Notes: generated by a model not told the origin, from the sequence alone. Positions 1-13,130 are shown, counted from the stretch's first letter. The stretch is 64,000 bases of DNA from Dendrobates tinctorius (GCF_039654945.1 NW_027361863.1:2728001-2792000), one strand, 5' to 3'. Numbers and translations: made by a program.

Positions 1-42
1 CTTCTTGTGCACCTATTGTCACTGCAACCACCGCATCTTCCT
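1..42 (-). CDS. ENTPD7: ENTPD7 coding exon, partial (continues beyond window start)
   Basis: Minus-strand acceptor ctttttttgtag|AG; in phase with the previous exon, reading (E)EDAVVAVTIGAQE. Confidence 0.8.
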
Positions 43-361
43 CTACAAAAAAGGAGCATCAGAACCATCACACCCGAAGTCCTCCGTCCGCAGGGCACTG
101 GACATGTGTAGGACAAAGCCACGCACATGGAGGTAGATATTTCTCCTCTGACCTTACTGCCAGTTGTCCAGCCTCTCATCACCTTGTAATGGCCGATAAC
201 GCAAAACAATTAAAGCGCTATGCCCAAGATTAAGAATCACCTATCCAGATGACGGGGTGGGGGTCCGGCCACTTGGACATTCACGGATTGCCGTTTAGTG
301 AATTTAGACTTTAGTTTGCATATTAATAAATCTGCCCCATTATTGGCAGATCTCCACTTAC

Positions 362-421
362 CTTCTACAACGTGGTCGAATCGCCCCAGCACAGAATTGA
401 TACTGATCCAAGCGTAAACGC
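362..421 (-). CDS. ENTPD7: ENTPD7 coding exon (60 bp)
   Basis: ag|GC...G|gtaagt; GVYAWISINSVLGRFDHVVE, the region after apyrase conserved region 3. Confidence 0.93.
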
Positions 422-529
422 CTGCAGTGGGGTGACATAACAAGGCACATATTAGGGGGGCACACTGTCACCAGCCTAACCGGTAACATACACTGGAGAC
501 CGAAGGTTGGTTAATCATCTCCATCATAC

Positions 530-633
530 CTTCTTGTTTTCCTGAGATGACCTCTGCGTGAGCTTCTGAGAAGAGGAAGTCAAACTCCTGGGGGACGTCC
601 CTCACCAGATCTTGGAGAATGGCGGTCTGCTGA
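530..633 (-). CDS. ENTPD7: ENTPD7 coding exon (104 bp)
   Basis: cag|T...G|gtatga; QQTAILQDLVRDVPQEFDFLFSEAHAEVISGKQE. Confidence 0.94.
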
Positions 634-1112
634 CTGACCGGAGGACCACGCATGGGTAGAAATAAGTGATTAAAAATAGTAGAAGAAAGGGGGGATATCA
701 TGGACATAAATATTTAAAGCCAACCCTTAGAATAGATAGGTGGAGGACCAACACCCGGTCCACCGCTGATCAGATGTTAGCAGGTCCCACACCGGCCAGA
801 TGCAAACATTGGACACAGCTGTTGCGTCATGACTCCAACACTTTGTAGAGGCCGTTTTCCGATACTGCAGCTCATCTGCTACTTAATGTGAGCTGATCTG
901 CAGTAATCGAGAACGACCACTACACGGTGTAAGGAGCTGTGCTGTTCACATCCATCCAAAATGGGACCTGTCAATATCTGAACATTGGGGTGCCAGGTGC
1001 CACACATCCTCTGATCGGCTATTGATGACCCATAAATATACAAGTTCTAGCAAGACCTTTTTAATATATAGGATTAATTACGTGGCTACAATGCAGAAAA
1101 GCGGCTCCTCAC

Positions 1113-1263
1113 CTCTCCGGCAGGACCCTCATGCCCGCAGTGCACAGGATGTACAGAGGAGTCTCCTTGTGTTTCGTTTTCGGGATGTACGATGATGCAT
1201 AGGCTAAAAGAGGGTTCATGTAGTCGCTTGCCTTTTCTGGTGTAGCTGCCACTGAAGAAATCC
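1113..1263 (-). CDS. ENTPD7: ENTPD7 coding exon (151 bp)
   Basis: ctag|GG...AG|gtgag; ISSVAATPEKASDYMNPLLAYASSYIPKTKHKETPLYILCTAGMRVLPE, containing ACR2 (CTAGMR). Confidence 0.95.
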
Positions 1264-1312
1264 CTAGAAGAACGGACAGAAAGTTGTCACCACAAGAAAG
1301 TGTGTGTGTATA

Positions 1313-2636
1313 CAGTTGTGTGAAAAAGTGTTTGCCCCCTTCCCGATTTCCTATTCTGTTGCATGTTTGTCACACTTAAATGTTTCAGATCACCAAACAA
1401 ATGTAAATATTAGACAAAGATAACACAAGTAATCACAAAATATCGTTTATAAATGAAGGTCTTTATTATTAAGGGAAAAAGAAATCCAAACCTAAAGGGC
1501 CCTGTGTGAAATAGTGATTGCCCTCCCCCCCACCATTATCCACAAATAGCGAAAACATTGGAACAGTGGTGAACTTTCCCAGGAGTGGCTGGCCAACCAA
1601 AATTACCTCAAGAGCACAGCGACAATTCATCCAAGAGGTCACAAAAGACCCCACAACAACATCCAAAGTCCAAAGAACTTCAGGCCTCTCTTGTCTCAGC
1701 TAAGGTCAGTGTTCATGACTTCACCATAAGAGTCAGGGCAAAAATGTCCTGCATGGCAGAGTTCCAATACAAAAACCACTGCTGTGCAATAAGAACATAA
1801 AATCTTTTCTCAATTTTACCACAAAACATCTTGATGAGCACCAAGACTTTTGGGAGAATACGCTGTGGACTGACGAGACAAAAGTTGAACTTTTTAGAGG
1901 GTGTATGTCTCACTACATCTGGCGTGGAAATAATACAGCATTTCAGAAAAGGAACACCACACCAACAGTAAAATATGGTGGTGGTAGTGTGATGGTCTGG
2001 GGCTGTTTTGTAGCTTCGTTACCTGGAAGACTTATTGGGGTAAATGAAGCCATGAATTTTGCTGTCTACCAAAAAATCCTGAAGGAAAATGTCCGGCCAT
2101 CTGTTCATGACCTCAAGGTGAAGCGCACTTGGGTTCTGCAGCAGAACAATGATCCAAAACACACCAGCAAGTCCACCTCTGAAAGGCTTACAAAAAAACA
2201 AAATGAAGACTTTGGAGTGACCTAGTCAAAGTCCTGACCTTAATCCGATTGAGATGCGGTGTCATGACCTTAAAAAGGCGGTTCATGCTCGGAAACCCTC
2301 TAATGTGGCTGAATTACAACAATTCTGCAATGATGAGTGGCCAAAATCCCTCCACAGGGTTGTAAAAGACTCTTTGCCAGTTATCACAAACACTTGACTG
2401 CAACTGTTGTTGCTAAGGGCGGCTCAACATGTTACTGTTATTACGTTTAGAGGGCAATCACTTTTTCACACAGGGCCCTGTAGGTTTGGACCTTCATTTA
2501 TAAACTGCATTTTGTGGTTACTTGTGTTATCGTTGTGTAATATTTACATTTGTTTGGTGACTGGAAACATTTAAGTGTTATAAACATGCAAAAGAATAGG
2601 AAATCAGGAAGGGGGCAAATACTTTTCACACAACTG
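1313..2636 (+). mobile_element. Tc1-like DNA transposon (DD34E type), internally deleted and decayed
   Basis: Long TIRs starting CAGTTGTGTGAAAA / ending TTTTCACACAACTG, TA on both flanks; transposase remnants TVKYGGGSVMVWGCF, QQNNDPKH and SPDLNPIE with stops and frameshifts. Confidence 0.9.
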
Positions 2637-3029
2637 TAGATATACTCAATGGATGGTAGTAAAAACTGGTGCTACAGCCAGAGATGCATGAACTAACCCT
2701 GATGTGACAAAACAAATCTTCTTAGACAGCAACATCCCAATATACTCACTAGGGGGCAGCACATAACCAATTATACAACAAAAATCAGCTTCTATAGTGA
2801 GGCTGGAGTCACTGATCGGCATCATCAGGAATCAGGATAGTGTATACACAGCACAGTGATGTACAGAGATGAGCGGAGCACCATAGGTGCCAATCGTCTC
2901 CAGCTGCAGAAGCTGTCAGATCACTGCAGCAAAAAGTTTGTCCATCTGCGCTGACTGACAAGCAGTGCACTATCTTACTAAGAAGTTCTTGAGCAGCTTC
3001 TGTGAGCAATAAACAGTGTCCACCTGACA

Positions 3030-3500
3030 CAGAACCTCCTGCACATCTTTCAGCTGCTGCAGAACCTCATCACACATCTTTCAGCTGCTGCAGAACCCCA
3101 TCCTGCGCCCGTCAGCTGAACCCCATCCTGCGCCCGTCAGCTGCTGCAGAACCCCATCCTGCGCCCGTCAGCTGCTGCAGAACCCCATCCTGCGCCCGTC
3201 AGCTGCTGCAGAACCCCATCCTGCGCTCCTTAAGCTGCTGCAGAATCTCATCCTGCGCTCCTTAAGCTGCTGCAGAATCTCATCCTGCGCCCCTTAAGCT
3301 AATGCAGAACCTTATCCTGCACCAGTCAGCTGCTGCAGAACGTCATCCTGCGCCAGTCAGCAGCTGCAAAACCGTATCTTACGCCTGTCAGCTCCAACAA
3401 ACCTCATCCTACGCTTGTCAGCTGTTGCAGAAACTCATCCTACACCCATCAACTGCTGTAGAGCCTCATACTACGCTCGTCAGCTGATGCAGAACCTCTT
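3030..3500. repeat. Degenerate ~31-bp minisatellite (CAGCTGCTGCAGAACCCCATCCTGCGCCCGT)
   Basis: Direct tandem copies; a related motif recurs near 51120-51190. Confidence 0.85.
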
Positions 3501-3664
3501 TATGAAAAGGATGGCAGTATTTTATATCAATAATAGATAGTATATCAAAAAGAGGTTCTGCAGCAACCATTGTGAGACACCCTTCAGTTGCACAATCCCC
3601 TCCTAGACATGTGACATTTTTGGGATTGGTGAACTGCAGACTGCCGGCCGGTTGCCCCCGGTAC

Positions 3665-3870
3665 CTGGCTTGATTTTCTTCACCACAGGTTTGCTGCCGC
3701 GATCCCTCATCTGCTTAATGTCCAGGAGGTCGTGCGGGTTTCCGTTGTGTGGCGGCCAGAAGTAGACGAACACCCGCGAGCCGCTGCTGCCGCAATCAAT
3801 GATGATCCCATAGTTTAACTTTGTGTCTTCTGTGTCGGTGGCCTCCAAGTCCTCGATCTGGTCCAGATAT
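3665..3870 (-). CDS. ENTPD7: ENTPD7 coding exon (206 bp) with ACR1
   Basis: tgcag|A...G|gtac; YLDQIEDLEATDTEDTKLNYGIIIDCGSSGSRVFVYFWPPHNGNPHDLLDIKQMRDRGSKPVVKKIKP. Confidence 0.96.
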
Positions 3871-5603
3871 CTGCAAGAAAAGAGCGGGTGACATGGAGGA
3901 GGCAGGAGAAGCACTGGACACACAGGCATTGTGGTGCGGGCAACTATGGCAGATCACATATCCCTGGAGCAAACACTCAGCCCCTTTCATCCGCTATTTA
4001 GGGGGCTGTGTATATATGGACCAGCACTAGAAAATGGGGGAAACCTGCCAGTCATCTAGTTGTGGACTGTCCACTTACACTGCACACATGAAAGTTTTTG
4101 GTAAAATCCTCATTGAATATTTCCGGGATGGATTATTTTTGGACATTTGTCGTTCTATTGTTCTGTGACCCGGAGGACGACGCTTCGCTCCTCGTACTGC
4201 GGATGGATATGATCATTCCTAGATGTAACTAATCCGATTCCACCGAGTTGTATAGATCGGCTAATGGGTCTAATGCACATGAAAAGGTATTGACGAAGCC
4301 TCAAACGCTCCGCTGAGGGTCCTAGCGGGGGAGATTATATTCCGCTTACATCTACAGCGTGTCTGTCTGCTGCTCCCGGCTCATCTATTATATCAAATCA
4401 TCCGGCAGCGAGCAGGGACGCTGGCTTTTGCTTGGTAAGCAGAAATTAAAATGGACCCACCAGTTAACCGAGTGACGGTGGGGAGATAACAAGACTACAA
4501 TGCTCATTAGGAGAAGACGTAACGTCGTTAGGATCAGATTCCCTCCCAGGAATAGCGCCCGCTGCCTGGGGAGCGCTGCTAGCAGCCAGGACGGGCATTA
4601 CAGCCCACCGTATCGGCATTCTGGGGTGACCATACTGACATGGGCCGATCCGTCTTGTAGCTGGTAAGTAAAACCGCAATCAGGTTATTCTGTAACAGAA
4701 CTTGTTCCTGCAAGCGGAAAACCAAACCGCAGCGCGGGGAAGTGATGGCTCTGCTGATAGCATTAGACCCGGGACACATCTGGCTCGTTACTTCTCGCTC
4801 TGATGTTACACAGTCTGTGGTTACATCATGTCTCGGCTCCTTTGTGGTGGTCTCTAATCCCTTTGTTGTAAGCGCGCATCATTAGGACCCCATTGCCGGA
4901 TAACGAGGGTATTAACACGTCTGGAAATGAACTCGGCAAAAACTGCAGATATCCGGGACTCCCTCTGCCGCCTGGATAACGGTGGTTTGTAATACTGTAG
5001 CCTTTAATCCATTTTTCTACAATTATCGCCATTTCCACTACGGGGCGGCTGACGCTTAATTCCGTTCATTTCACGACTGTTTTATTTTGTTACTTTCTTT
5101 TTGTGGAAATTTTGACTATGAAAAGAATATAATCAGGTGATGACAGAGGTGGAGAATGTGTTAGAATATCACAGATCACAATTATAGCGACTCAATTACA
5201 GCGTGTCCTATAGAAAACCAGCTGAAAAGCACGGTCCTACTGCCGTCATCCCTCCAAAACGTTACAACTGCTTTTTGTGCACACCCTAGTCCAGTGATGG
5301 CGAACTTTCCAGACACCGAGTGCCCAAACTGCAATCCAAAACCCACTTGTTTTTCGCAAAGTGCCCTGAATACTGGGGTTTTAGATTAGAAAGACAACTC
5401 GTATATTAGAGTCGTATAGAGTCAATATCAAAGAGCTTGTAAGCGCTGCACTTCAAGCCTAAGATACTAGCCACCAATTGTATTGAAGGTCCATTCTTGT
5501 GAATGGAGAGGAGTTTTAATCAAAAGTAAAATTGCAAAGTTGTTTGTTTTTACAACTGCTTTGCAATTGTAACCCTTTACCATGATGAGAACAAACCCTT
5601 TAA

Positions 5604-5972
5604 GGCTATGTGCACACGTAGATTTTGGTCCTGTGGATTTTTCCACGCGGATTTGGAAAAATCCGCAGATAAATTCTCAGGTCAAAATACCTGCGGTTTA
5701 CCTGTGGATTAGCCTGAGGTTTAGCCCTGCGATTTCACACCTCTACAATGGAGAAGGTGTAAAACCGCTGCAGATTCCGCACAAAGAATTGACATGCTGC
5801 GGATTTGAACCCGCAGCAAATCCGCACGGAAAATTCCGCAGCATGTGCACAGCGTTTTCCAATTTACCATTGAAAACAAAGGTACTGTACAGCGCACCTA
5901 AATCTGCTGCGGACCCGCAGAGCCTGAAACGCTGCGGATCCGCAGCAGAATCCGCACCGTGTGCACATGGCC
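5604..5972. mobile_element. PIF/Harbinger-like MITE
   Basis: TIR GGCTATGTGCACACG / CGTGTGCACATGGCC, flanks TAA and TCA; internal CCGCAG/TGCGG repeats; resembles 48604-48972. Confidence 0.8.
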
Positions 5973-6429
5973 TCAGGCAGGGATATCAAACAAATACACA
6001 GAGGGACATAGTTAAAAGCTTGCAGAAAGTTGCAGGCCATCCTTGATATTTGTTAAAAACAAAAAAGTTTACAATTGAGCAAGTTTTCCCTTATCAAATG
6101 AAACTATTAACTTTTGGAATTACAGTGGAAAAATATAATATATTACGTAAGAGCAGTAAAAAGTATATGGCCCAATAAATGAATAAAACAGATAAAGTAT
6201 GATCAAAAGTGCTCCCAAACACAGTATGATACCCCCACAGTGAACTCCTCTACACGCACAGAATGATGACCCTACCTTACCCCCTCCCTCAGTTCCCCCA
6301 ACAAAGAATGGTGACCTCATCACAGTATGATTCTCCAACTGTAATCACAACCCAGCCCTCTGTGCAGTATAATGGGCACATAAAATCCTCCATAAAGTAC
6401 AATAGCTCCACATAGTCCTCCATAAAGTG

Positions 6430-7255
6430 TAATGGGCCCCACACGATGCTCCACACTATAAAATGGCCCCACACGACGCTCCATACTGTATAATGGCCCC
6501 ACACGACGCTCCATGCAGTATAATGGCCCCACACGACGCTCCATGCAGTATAATGGCCCCACACGACGCTCCATGCAGTATAATGGCCCCACACGATGCT
6601 CCATGAAGTATAATGGCCCCACACGACGCTCCATGCAGTATAATGGCCCCACACGACGCTCCATGCAGTATAATGGCCCCACACGATGCTCCATGCAGTA
6701 TAATGGCCCCACACGATGCTTAATACTGCATAATGGCCCCACACGATGCTCCATGCAGTATAATGGCCCCACACGATGCTCCATGCAGTATAATGGCCCC
6801 ACACGATGCTCCATGCAGTATAATGGCCCCACACGATGCTCCATGCAGTATAATGGCCCCACACGATGCTCCATGCAGTATAATGGCCCCACACGATGCT
6901 CCATGCAGTATAATGGCCCCACACGATGCTCCATGCAGTATAATGGACGCACACGATGCTCCATGCAGTATAATGGACCCACACGATACTCCATGCAGTA
7001 TAATGGCCCCACACGATGCTCCATGCAGTATAATGGCCCCACACGACGCTCCATGCAGTATAATGGCCCCACACGACGCTCCATGCAGTATAATGGCCCC
7101 ACACGATGCTCCATGCAGTATAATGGCCCCACACGATGCTTAATACTGCATAATGGCCCCACATAGTGCTCCATACTGTATAATAGCCCCACATGATGCT
7201 CCATACTGTATAACGACCCCACGTGATGCTCCATACTGTATAATGACCCCACGTT
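6430..7255. repeat. 30-bp minisatellite, ~27 copies
   Basis: Unit CCATGCAGTATAATGGCCCCACACGATGCT; the variant unit TTAATACTGC recurs 420 bp apart. Confidence 0.95.
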
Positions 7256-8548
7256 TCATACTGTATAATGCAACTCATATAGTGCTTCATAGGGTATAAT
7301 AGTCCCACATAAAACTTTGGCCCATAAAGTATCCAGCTGCAGGGGAGAAGGGCAGAAGTCTTGAAAAATAAGGGTCAACATTGGAAATGCCGACACTGGG
7401 GAATGCAGAATTGGTTCCCTCCCTACGACATCCATGTGCTTTCACTGGTCCTGATGAGGCGACCTGCAGACACTACAAGTGCCAGCGCCTCTGCTGTGAA
7501 TCTGGCCATCCTCAGCGACAGGTGCACAGCAGTAATGTGCACGAGTCTCCATTGTGTGCCCACCCTCTGATGTCTGCACCAGGATGTGACCCGGATTATG
7601 GGTTTCACCAAATTATGTTAGACAGAGAGGGGAAAAAAAACGTCTAATGAGTCCTCGGGTGAGACAAGTAATCACCTAAAGACTTTAATCGTCTGCAAAG
7701 TTTTTCAAGCCTCCAAACAGCAGCTGCCGAGCTGGGAATCACTGCAGCAAGGAATATGGGACGTCACCGCCATGACCCTGGAGACAGCTGCGGGGAGGCG
7801 GTGGGAACGGCAGCACCTGGCGGGACGGCTCCAGCCCGCTGCACCGATCAGTATCAGGGCTGCGCATCATTATGTGATAGGACAACACCGCACAATGTGA
7901 ACTGACCCCAACACAGCTTTAGACCCCTTAACACCACATATTATGCCTTTATATACAGTATATCCCCTATGAGCGCAAGTTAATAAGCGCTCCATGGCGG
8001 ATATCTATGTCATGCTGATCGGGCCTCCAGGAGCCCAGCTGACATTGGTGAAGACACTACTCCCCGTAGTTTAACCCCCGAGATGCTGCGGACATTAGAA
8101 ATGACAACATTTCAGGGGTTAGACAAAGGGCAGGGCTTCCCCCTCCGACATCAACCTTCCCACCCCTGTCAGCGTTATGCTCAAGATCCTTTAGTAAGAC
8201 TAAAACTTTTTTTTAATTGAATGAAGAGCGATTTATAAAAAATGAAAATAAATAAATGTACCTCAAAACCGGAACCAATGAAAACGTCAACTCATGCCAC
8301 AAAGAAACAAACCTTGACACGGCTCAGCAAATTGCGACACAAACAAAAATTGTTTGTTTGTTTTTTTTTTTGGGGGGGGGGGGGGATTTTATTGTACAAA
8401 AGTAGCGAAACAAAAGCTGTGTGAATTTGGAACACTCATAATACTGCGCCAGAAAATAACGCTTACATGTCATTTTCATCATTGCCGTTTGTTACATTCC
8501 AAGATAGTATTATTAAAAGTACAGGTCATCCTGCAATCAGCGAGCCCT

Positions 8549-8992
8549 AAAGCTATGTGCACACTCTGCATTTTTGCTTCATCTTTTTAATGCAAATTTT
8601 CAGCTGCTTTTTACAGTACCAGCAAAACCTATGGGATTTCAGAAATCTCCTGCACACACCTTGGTTTTTTTTTCCCTGACTGAATTGGGAAAACTGCTGT
8701 TTTTTTTAAACTGCAGCATGTCACTTCTTTCTATGCATTTGCAGAGTTTTTTTCCACCCATAGAAAGTGCAAAAATGCAGGAAAAAAAAAGCAGGTTTTG
8801 AAGTTACATCACGGTTTTTTTTTTTTTTGTTTGTTTTTTTTTGGGGGGGGGGGCTCTAAACTATCAACATGCAGAAGAGACAATAAAAACACAGCAGAAC
8901 CTGCTGTTCGTAAGCAGCTTTACTGCCCAGAGAGCAGGTGTTTCCTGCGGGGGGGAAAAAAAAGCAGCAAAAACGCAACATGTGAACATAGC
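8549..8992. mobile_element. Degenerate Harbinger-like MITE
   Basis: Ends (AA)GCTATGTGCACA and TGTGAACATAGC; internal TGCATTTTT repeats. Confidence 0.6.
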
Positions 8993-9741
8993 ATGTATAA
9001 GTTAGCTGAAAAATTAAACTGCTGTGGCTACTAGAACACAGGGATAAAAAAAAAGGAAAGAAAATGCCATCTAAAGCACCAGTCTGATTACCCGCCATCT
9101 CTCAGGTATTTGTATTCTTCACAATATCACAATCCTGGTACATATTTTATTGGAAATGTGCCGAGCCGGTTATCCCTCCTGCAAATTACTGAGCTGCCAG
9201 CTTGGCGCCATCATTTGGAGCATTTCTGCCCAATCAGAGTAGGGACAGAAGCCTTCATATAGGTCGATGGCTATAGAGCCACACATTTCTAAGAGGAATA
9301 ATGGAGGAACAGCACAATGCAGAGGTCTTTCATGGAAGGTACAAATATTTACTAAAAGACATTTCAGGAGAAGTGACTTTTCTCAGGTCATATTTATAAT
9401 TTTTTCTAGGATGGATCCAAATGGTTTGGATAATTATTTGTCCATAAAAAGGAAACTTGTTTTGCCTCAAAATCCACTAAAAATAAAAGTCAGTATTAAC
9501 AGATGTGACTTATTTACGTGCACATGTCGCCATATAGTCAGGAAATATTTCTGAAACATCTGATTAAGTTCTGTGGGTGATTACAGGTATAAGCTGCTCA
9601 TGGGCTCAACAATTACTTATGAAACGTGAGAAGGCATTGGTAACAGGAGGTGATAACAAGAAGAAAAGTTCCTGTATCCTCTCCCTGGAGACACTGGTGG
9701 CTGCACAGGGAACGAGGTGACTGCAACATGCTATAATGTGA

Positions 9742-9944
9742 GTGTCATTTCTCCTTGCGGAGAATGACATGCTAAGCATGTCGAGATGAGGAGACTTAAA
9801 GCCGTAATGCTCCTCTGGGAAATATGCTAATTATGCAAATTGTCTCTTCAGAGAGGAAGAGGACTAGAACTCTAGTGCCACCTATTGGAAGTCTCCTCAT
9901 CTCGACATGCTTAGCATGTCATTCTCCGCAAGGAGAAATGATAC
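9742..9944. mobile_element. Short foldback element with perfect ~53-bp inverted arms
   Basis: 9745-9797 is the exact reverse complement of 9889-9941. Confidence 0.8.
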
Positions 9945-9999
9945 TCTTGGATATCGGTCAGACGCCTCTCACAGACAATCCAGATCTCACACTTTGCAC

Positions 10000-12900
10000 T
10001 GAATCAGCACAATTTTGGAAACAAAATATTTTTTTGTTAGGAAGTTATAAGGGTTAAAAGTTGACCAGCGATTTCTCATTTTTACAATAAAATTTACAAA
10101 ACCATTTTTTTTTAGGGACCACCTCACATTTGAAGTCACTTTGAGGGGTCTATATGGCAGAAAATACCCAAAAGTGACACCATTCTAAAAACTGAACCCC
10201 TCAAGCTACTCAAAACTACATTCAAGAAGATTATTAACCCTTCAGGTGTTTCACAGGAACTAAAGCAATGTGGAAAGAAAAAATGGACATTTTAATTTTC
10301 TTTTAGCATCAATTTTTTCATTTTCACATGGGCAACAGGATAAAATGGATCCTAAAATTTGTTGAGCAATTTCTCCTGAGTGCACCGATACCTCATATGT
10401 GGTCATAAACCACTGTTTCGGCGCACGGCAGGGCCCGGAAGGCAAGGAGCACCATTTGACTTTTTGAATGGAAAATTAGCTCCAATCGTTATCAGACACC
10501 ATGTCGTATTTGGAGAGCCCCTGTGTGCCTAAACATTGGAGCTCCCCCACAAGTGACCCCATTTTGGAAACTAGACCCCCTAAGGAACTTATCTAGATGT
10601 GTGGTGAGCACTTTGAACCCCCAAGTGCTTCACAAAAGTTTATAACACAGAGCAGTGAAAATAAAAAATATTTTTTTTTCCCTCAAAAATGATTTTTAGC
10701 ACACTATTTTTAATTTTCACAAGGCTAACAGGAGAAATTGGACCACAAATCTTGTTTTCCAGTTTGTCCTGAGTACGCTGGTACCCCATATGTGGGGGGG
10801 AACCACTGTTTGGGCACACGGCAGGGCTCAGAAGGGAAGGAGCGCCATTTGACTTTTTGAAATGCAAATTACTTCCAATCGTTAGTGGACACCATGTCGC
10901 ATTTGGAGAGCCCCTGTGTGCCTAAACATTGGAGCTCCCCACAAATGACCCCATTTTGGAAACTAGACCCCCTAAGGAACTTATCTAGATGTGTGGTGAG
11001 CACCTTGAACCCCCAAGCGCTTCACAGAAGTTTATAACGCAGAGCAGTGAAAATAAAAAATATTTTTTTTTCCCTCAAAAAAAAAAAAAAAAATGATTTT
11101 TAGCCAGCAATTTTTTTTTTCACAAGGGTAGCAGGATAAATTGGACCCCAAAAGTTGTTGTCCAGTTTGTCCTGAGTACGCCGATACCTCATATGTGGGG
11201 GATGACCACTGTTTGGGTACACGTCGGGGCTCGGAAGGGAAGTAGTGACATTATGAAATGCTGACTTTGATGGAATGGTCTGCGGGCATCATGTTACATT
11301 TGCAGAACCCCTGATGTACCTAAACTGTGGAACCCCTCCACAAGTGACCCCATTTTGGAGACTAGACCCCCTAAAGAACTTATATAGATGTGTGGTGAGC
11401 ACCTTGAACCCCCAAGTGCTTCACAGAAGTTTATAACGCAGAGACGTGAAAATAAAAAATATTTTTTTTTCCTCAAAAAAAATTATTTTTAGCCAGCAAT
11501 TTTTTTTTCACAAGGGTAGCAGGATAAATTGGACCCCAAAAGTTGTTGTACAGTTTGTCCTGAGTACGCTGGTGCCCCATATATGGGGGGGAACTATTGT
11601 TTGGGCAGACGTAAGGGCTCGGAATGGAAGTAGTGGCGTTTTGAAATGCAGACTTTGATGGAATGGTCTGCGGTCATTACGTTTGCAGAGCCCCTGATGT
11701 GCCTATAGAAACAATAGAAACCCCCCACAAGTGACCCCATTTTGGAAACTAGACCTCCCAAGTAACTTATCTAGATGCCTGGTGAGCACTTTGGACCCCC
11801 AAGTGCTTCACAGAAGTTTATAACGCAGAGACGTGAAAATTTTAAAAAAAATTTTTTCCACAAAAATATTTTTTTAGCCCCCAATTTTTTATTTTCCCAA
11901 GGGTACCAGGAGAAATTAGACCCCCAAAGTTGTTGTGCAATTTTTCCTGAGTACGCTGATACCCCATTTGTTGGGGTAAACCACTGTTTGGGCACACGTC
12001 GGGGCTTGGAAGGGAGGAAGCACCGTTTAACTTTTTGAACGCAAAATTGGCTGGAATCAATGGTTGCAGCATGTCGCGTTTGGAAACCCCCTGATGTGCC
12101 TAAAGAGTGGAAACCCCTCAATTCTAACTCCAACCCTAACCCCAACACACCCCTAACCACAGCCCTAACCCCAACACATCCCTAACCCTAATTTCAACCC
12201 TAACCATAACCTTAACCCCAACATACCCCTAACCCTAATCCCAACCCTAACCATAACCCTAACCACAAGCCTAAACCTAATTCCAACCCTAACCCTAATT
12301 CCAACCCTAACCCTAATTCCAACCCTAACCCTAACCCTCTTTCCAACCCTAGCCCTCTTTTCAACCCTAATCCTCACCCTCTTTTCAACCCTAACCCTAA
12401 CCCTCTTTTCAACCCTAACCCTAATGGAAAAATAAAAATAAAAATATTTTCTTTATTTTATTAGTTCTGCCTACCTATGGGGGTGATAATTGGGGGGGTT
12501 TATTTACTTTTTCTTTCATTGTGATCACTGTGAGAGTGATCAAAATGAAAGAATGGAATCTGCAGCCGGCAGATTCGGGCGGGCGCACTGCGAATGCGCC
12601 CGCCATTTTCCAAGATGGCGGCGCCCATCATCCGGACCCGAGGAACACCAGGAGGGATGGGGGGACTCAGGAGGTACCGGGGGGGTGAGGGGGGGGATCG
12701 GAGGCTGGCGGGGAGCAGAGGGAATGGGAGGGGGGGCAGATGATGACAGCGGCGGCAGATTGCCACTGTCATTCAGTTGCGGGGGGGCGAATCGGTGTCT
12801 CCAGCCATGTCCGATGCTACAGCAGCGTCGGACATGGCTGGATTGTAATATTTCATCAATTTTCATTGATGAAATATTACTATCGCTCTGATTGGCTGTT

Positions 12901-13130
12901 TCACTTTTAACAGCCAATCAGAGTGATCGTAGCCACGTGGGGGCGAAGCCAGGCCCCCCGTGGTGAATTACAAAGCACCCTGTATCTGCGGGTCGGGTGA
13001 CCTTTCAGTGACCTAGGTCACCCGACCCGCAGGGGGGCTTTAAAGTCATGACGCCACATAGGCGTCACTGGTCAGATTTGAACCAGGTTTCATGACGCCT
13101 ATGTGGCGTCATTGGTCGTGAAGGGGTTAA
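10000..13130. mobile_element. Large non-autonomous TTAA-ended DNA element (piggyBac/Kolobok-like), left end truncated
   Basis: Ends in AAGGGGTTAA; ~390-bp internal tandem units (TGACCCCATTTTGGA(A/G)ACTAGACC near 10553, 10946, 11344, 11731); subterminal palindromes; no coding capacity. Confidence 0.7.
12121..12425. repeat. Degenerate telomere-like (CCCTAA)n tract
   Basis: Repeated CCCTAA/CCCTAACC mixed with CCCCAA, CCATAA and TTCCAA variants. Confidence 0.85.

Noticed and set aside
6289-7308. Repeat-protein-like ORFs (WGHYTAWSIV)n
   Set aside because: Translation of a 30-bp minisatellite, open in several frames on both strands
10170-12110. Regularly spaced conserved motif resembling a CRISPR repeat-spacer array
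   Set aside because: The intervening sequences are homologous ~390-bp tandem units, not unique spacers; eukaryotic context with no cas genes
12121-12425. Chromosome-fusion scar or true telomere
   Set aside because: Single orientation, degenerate and embedded in a transposon; no head-to-head TTAGGG/CCCTAA junction
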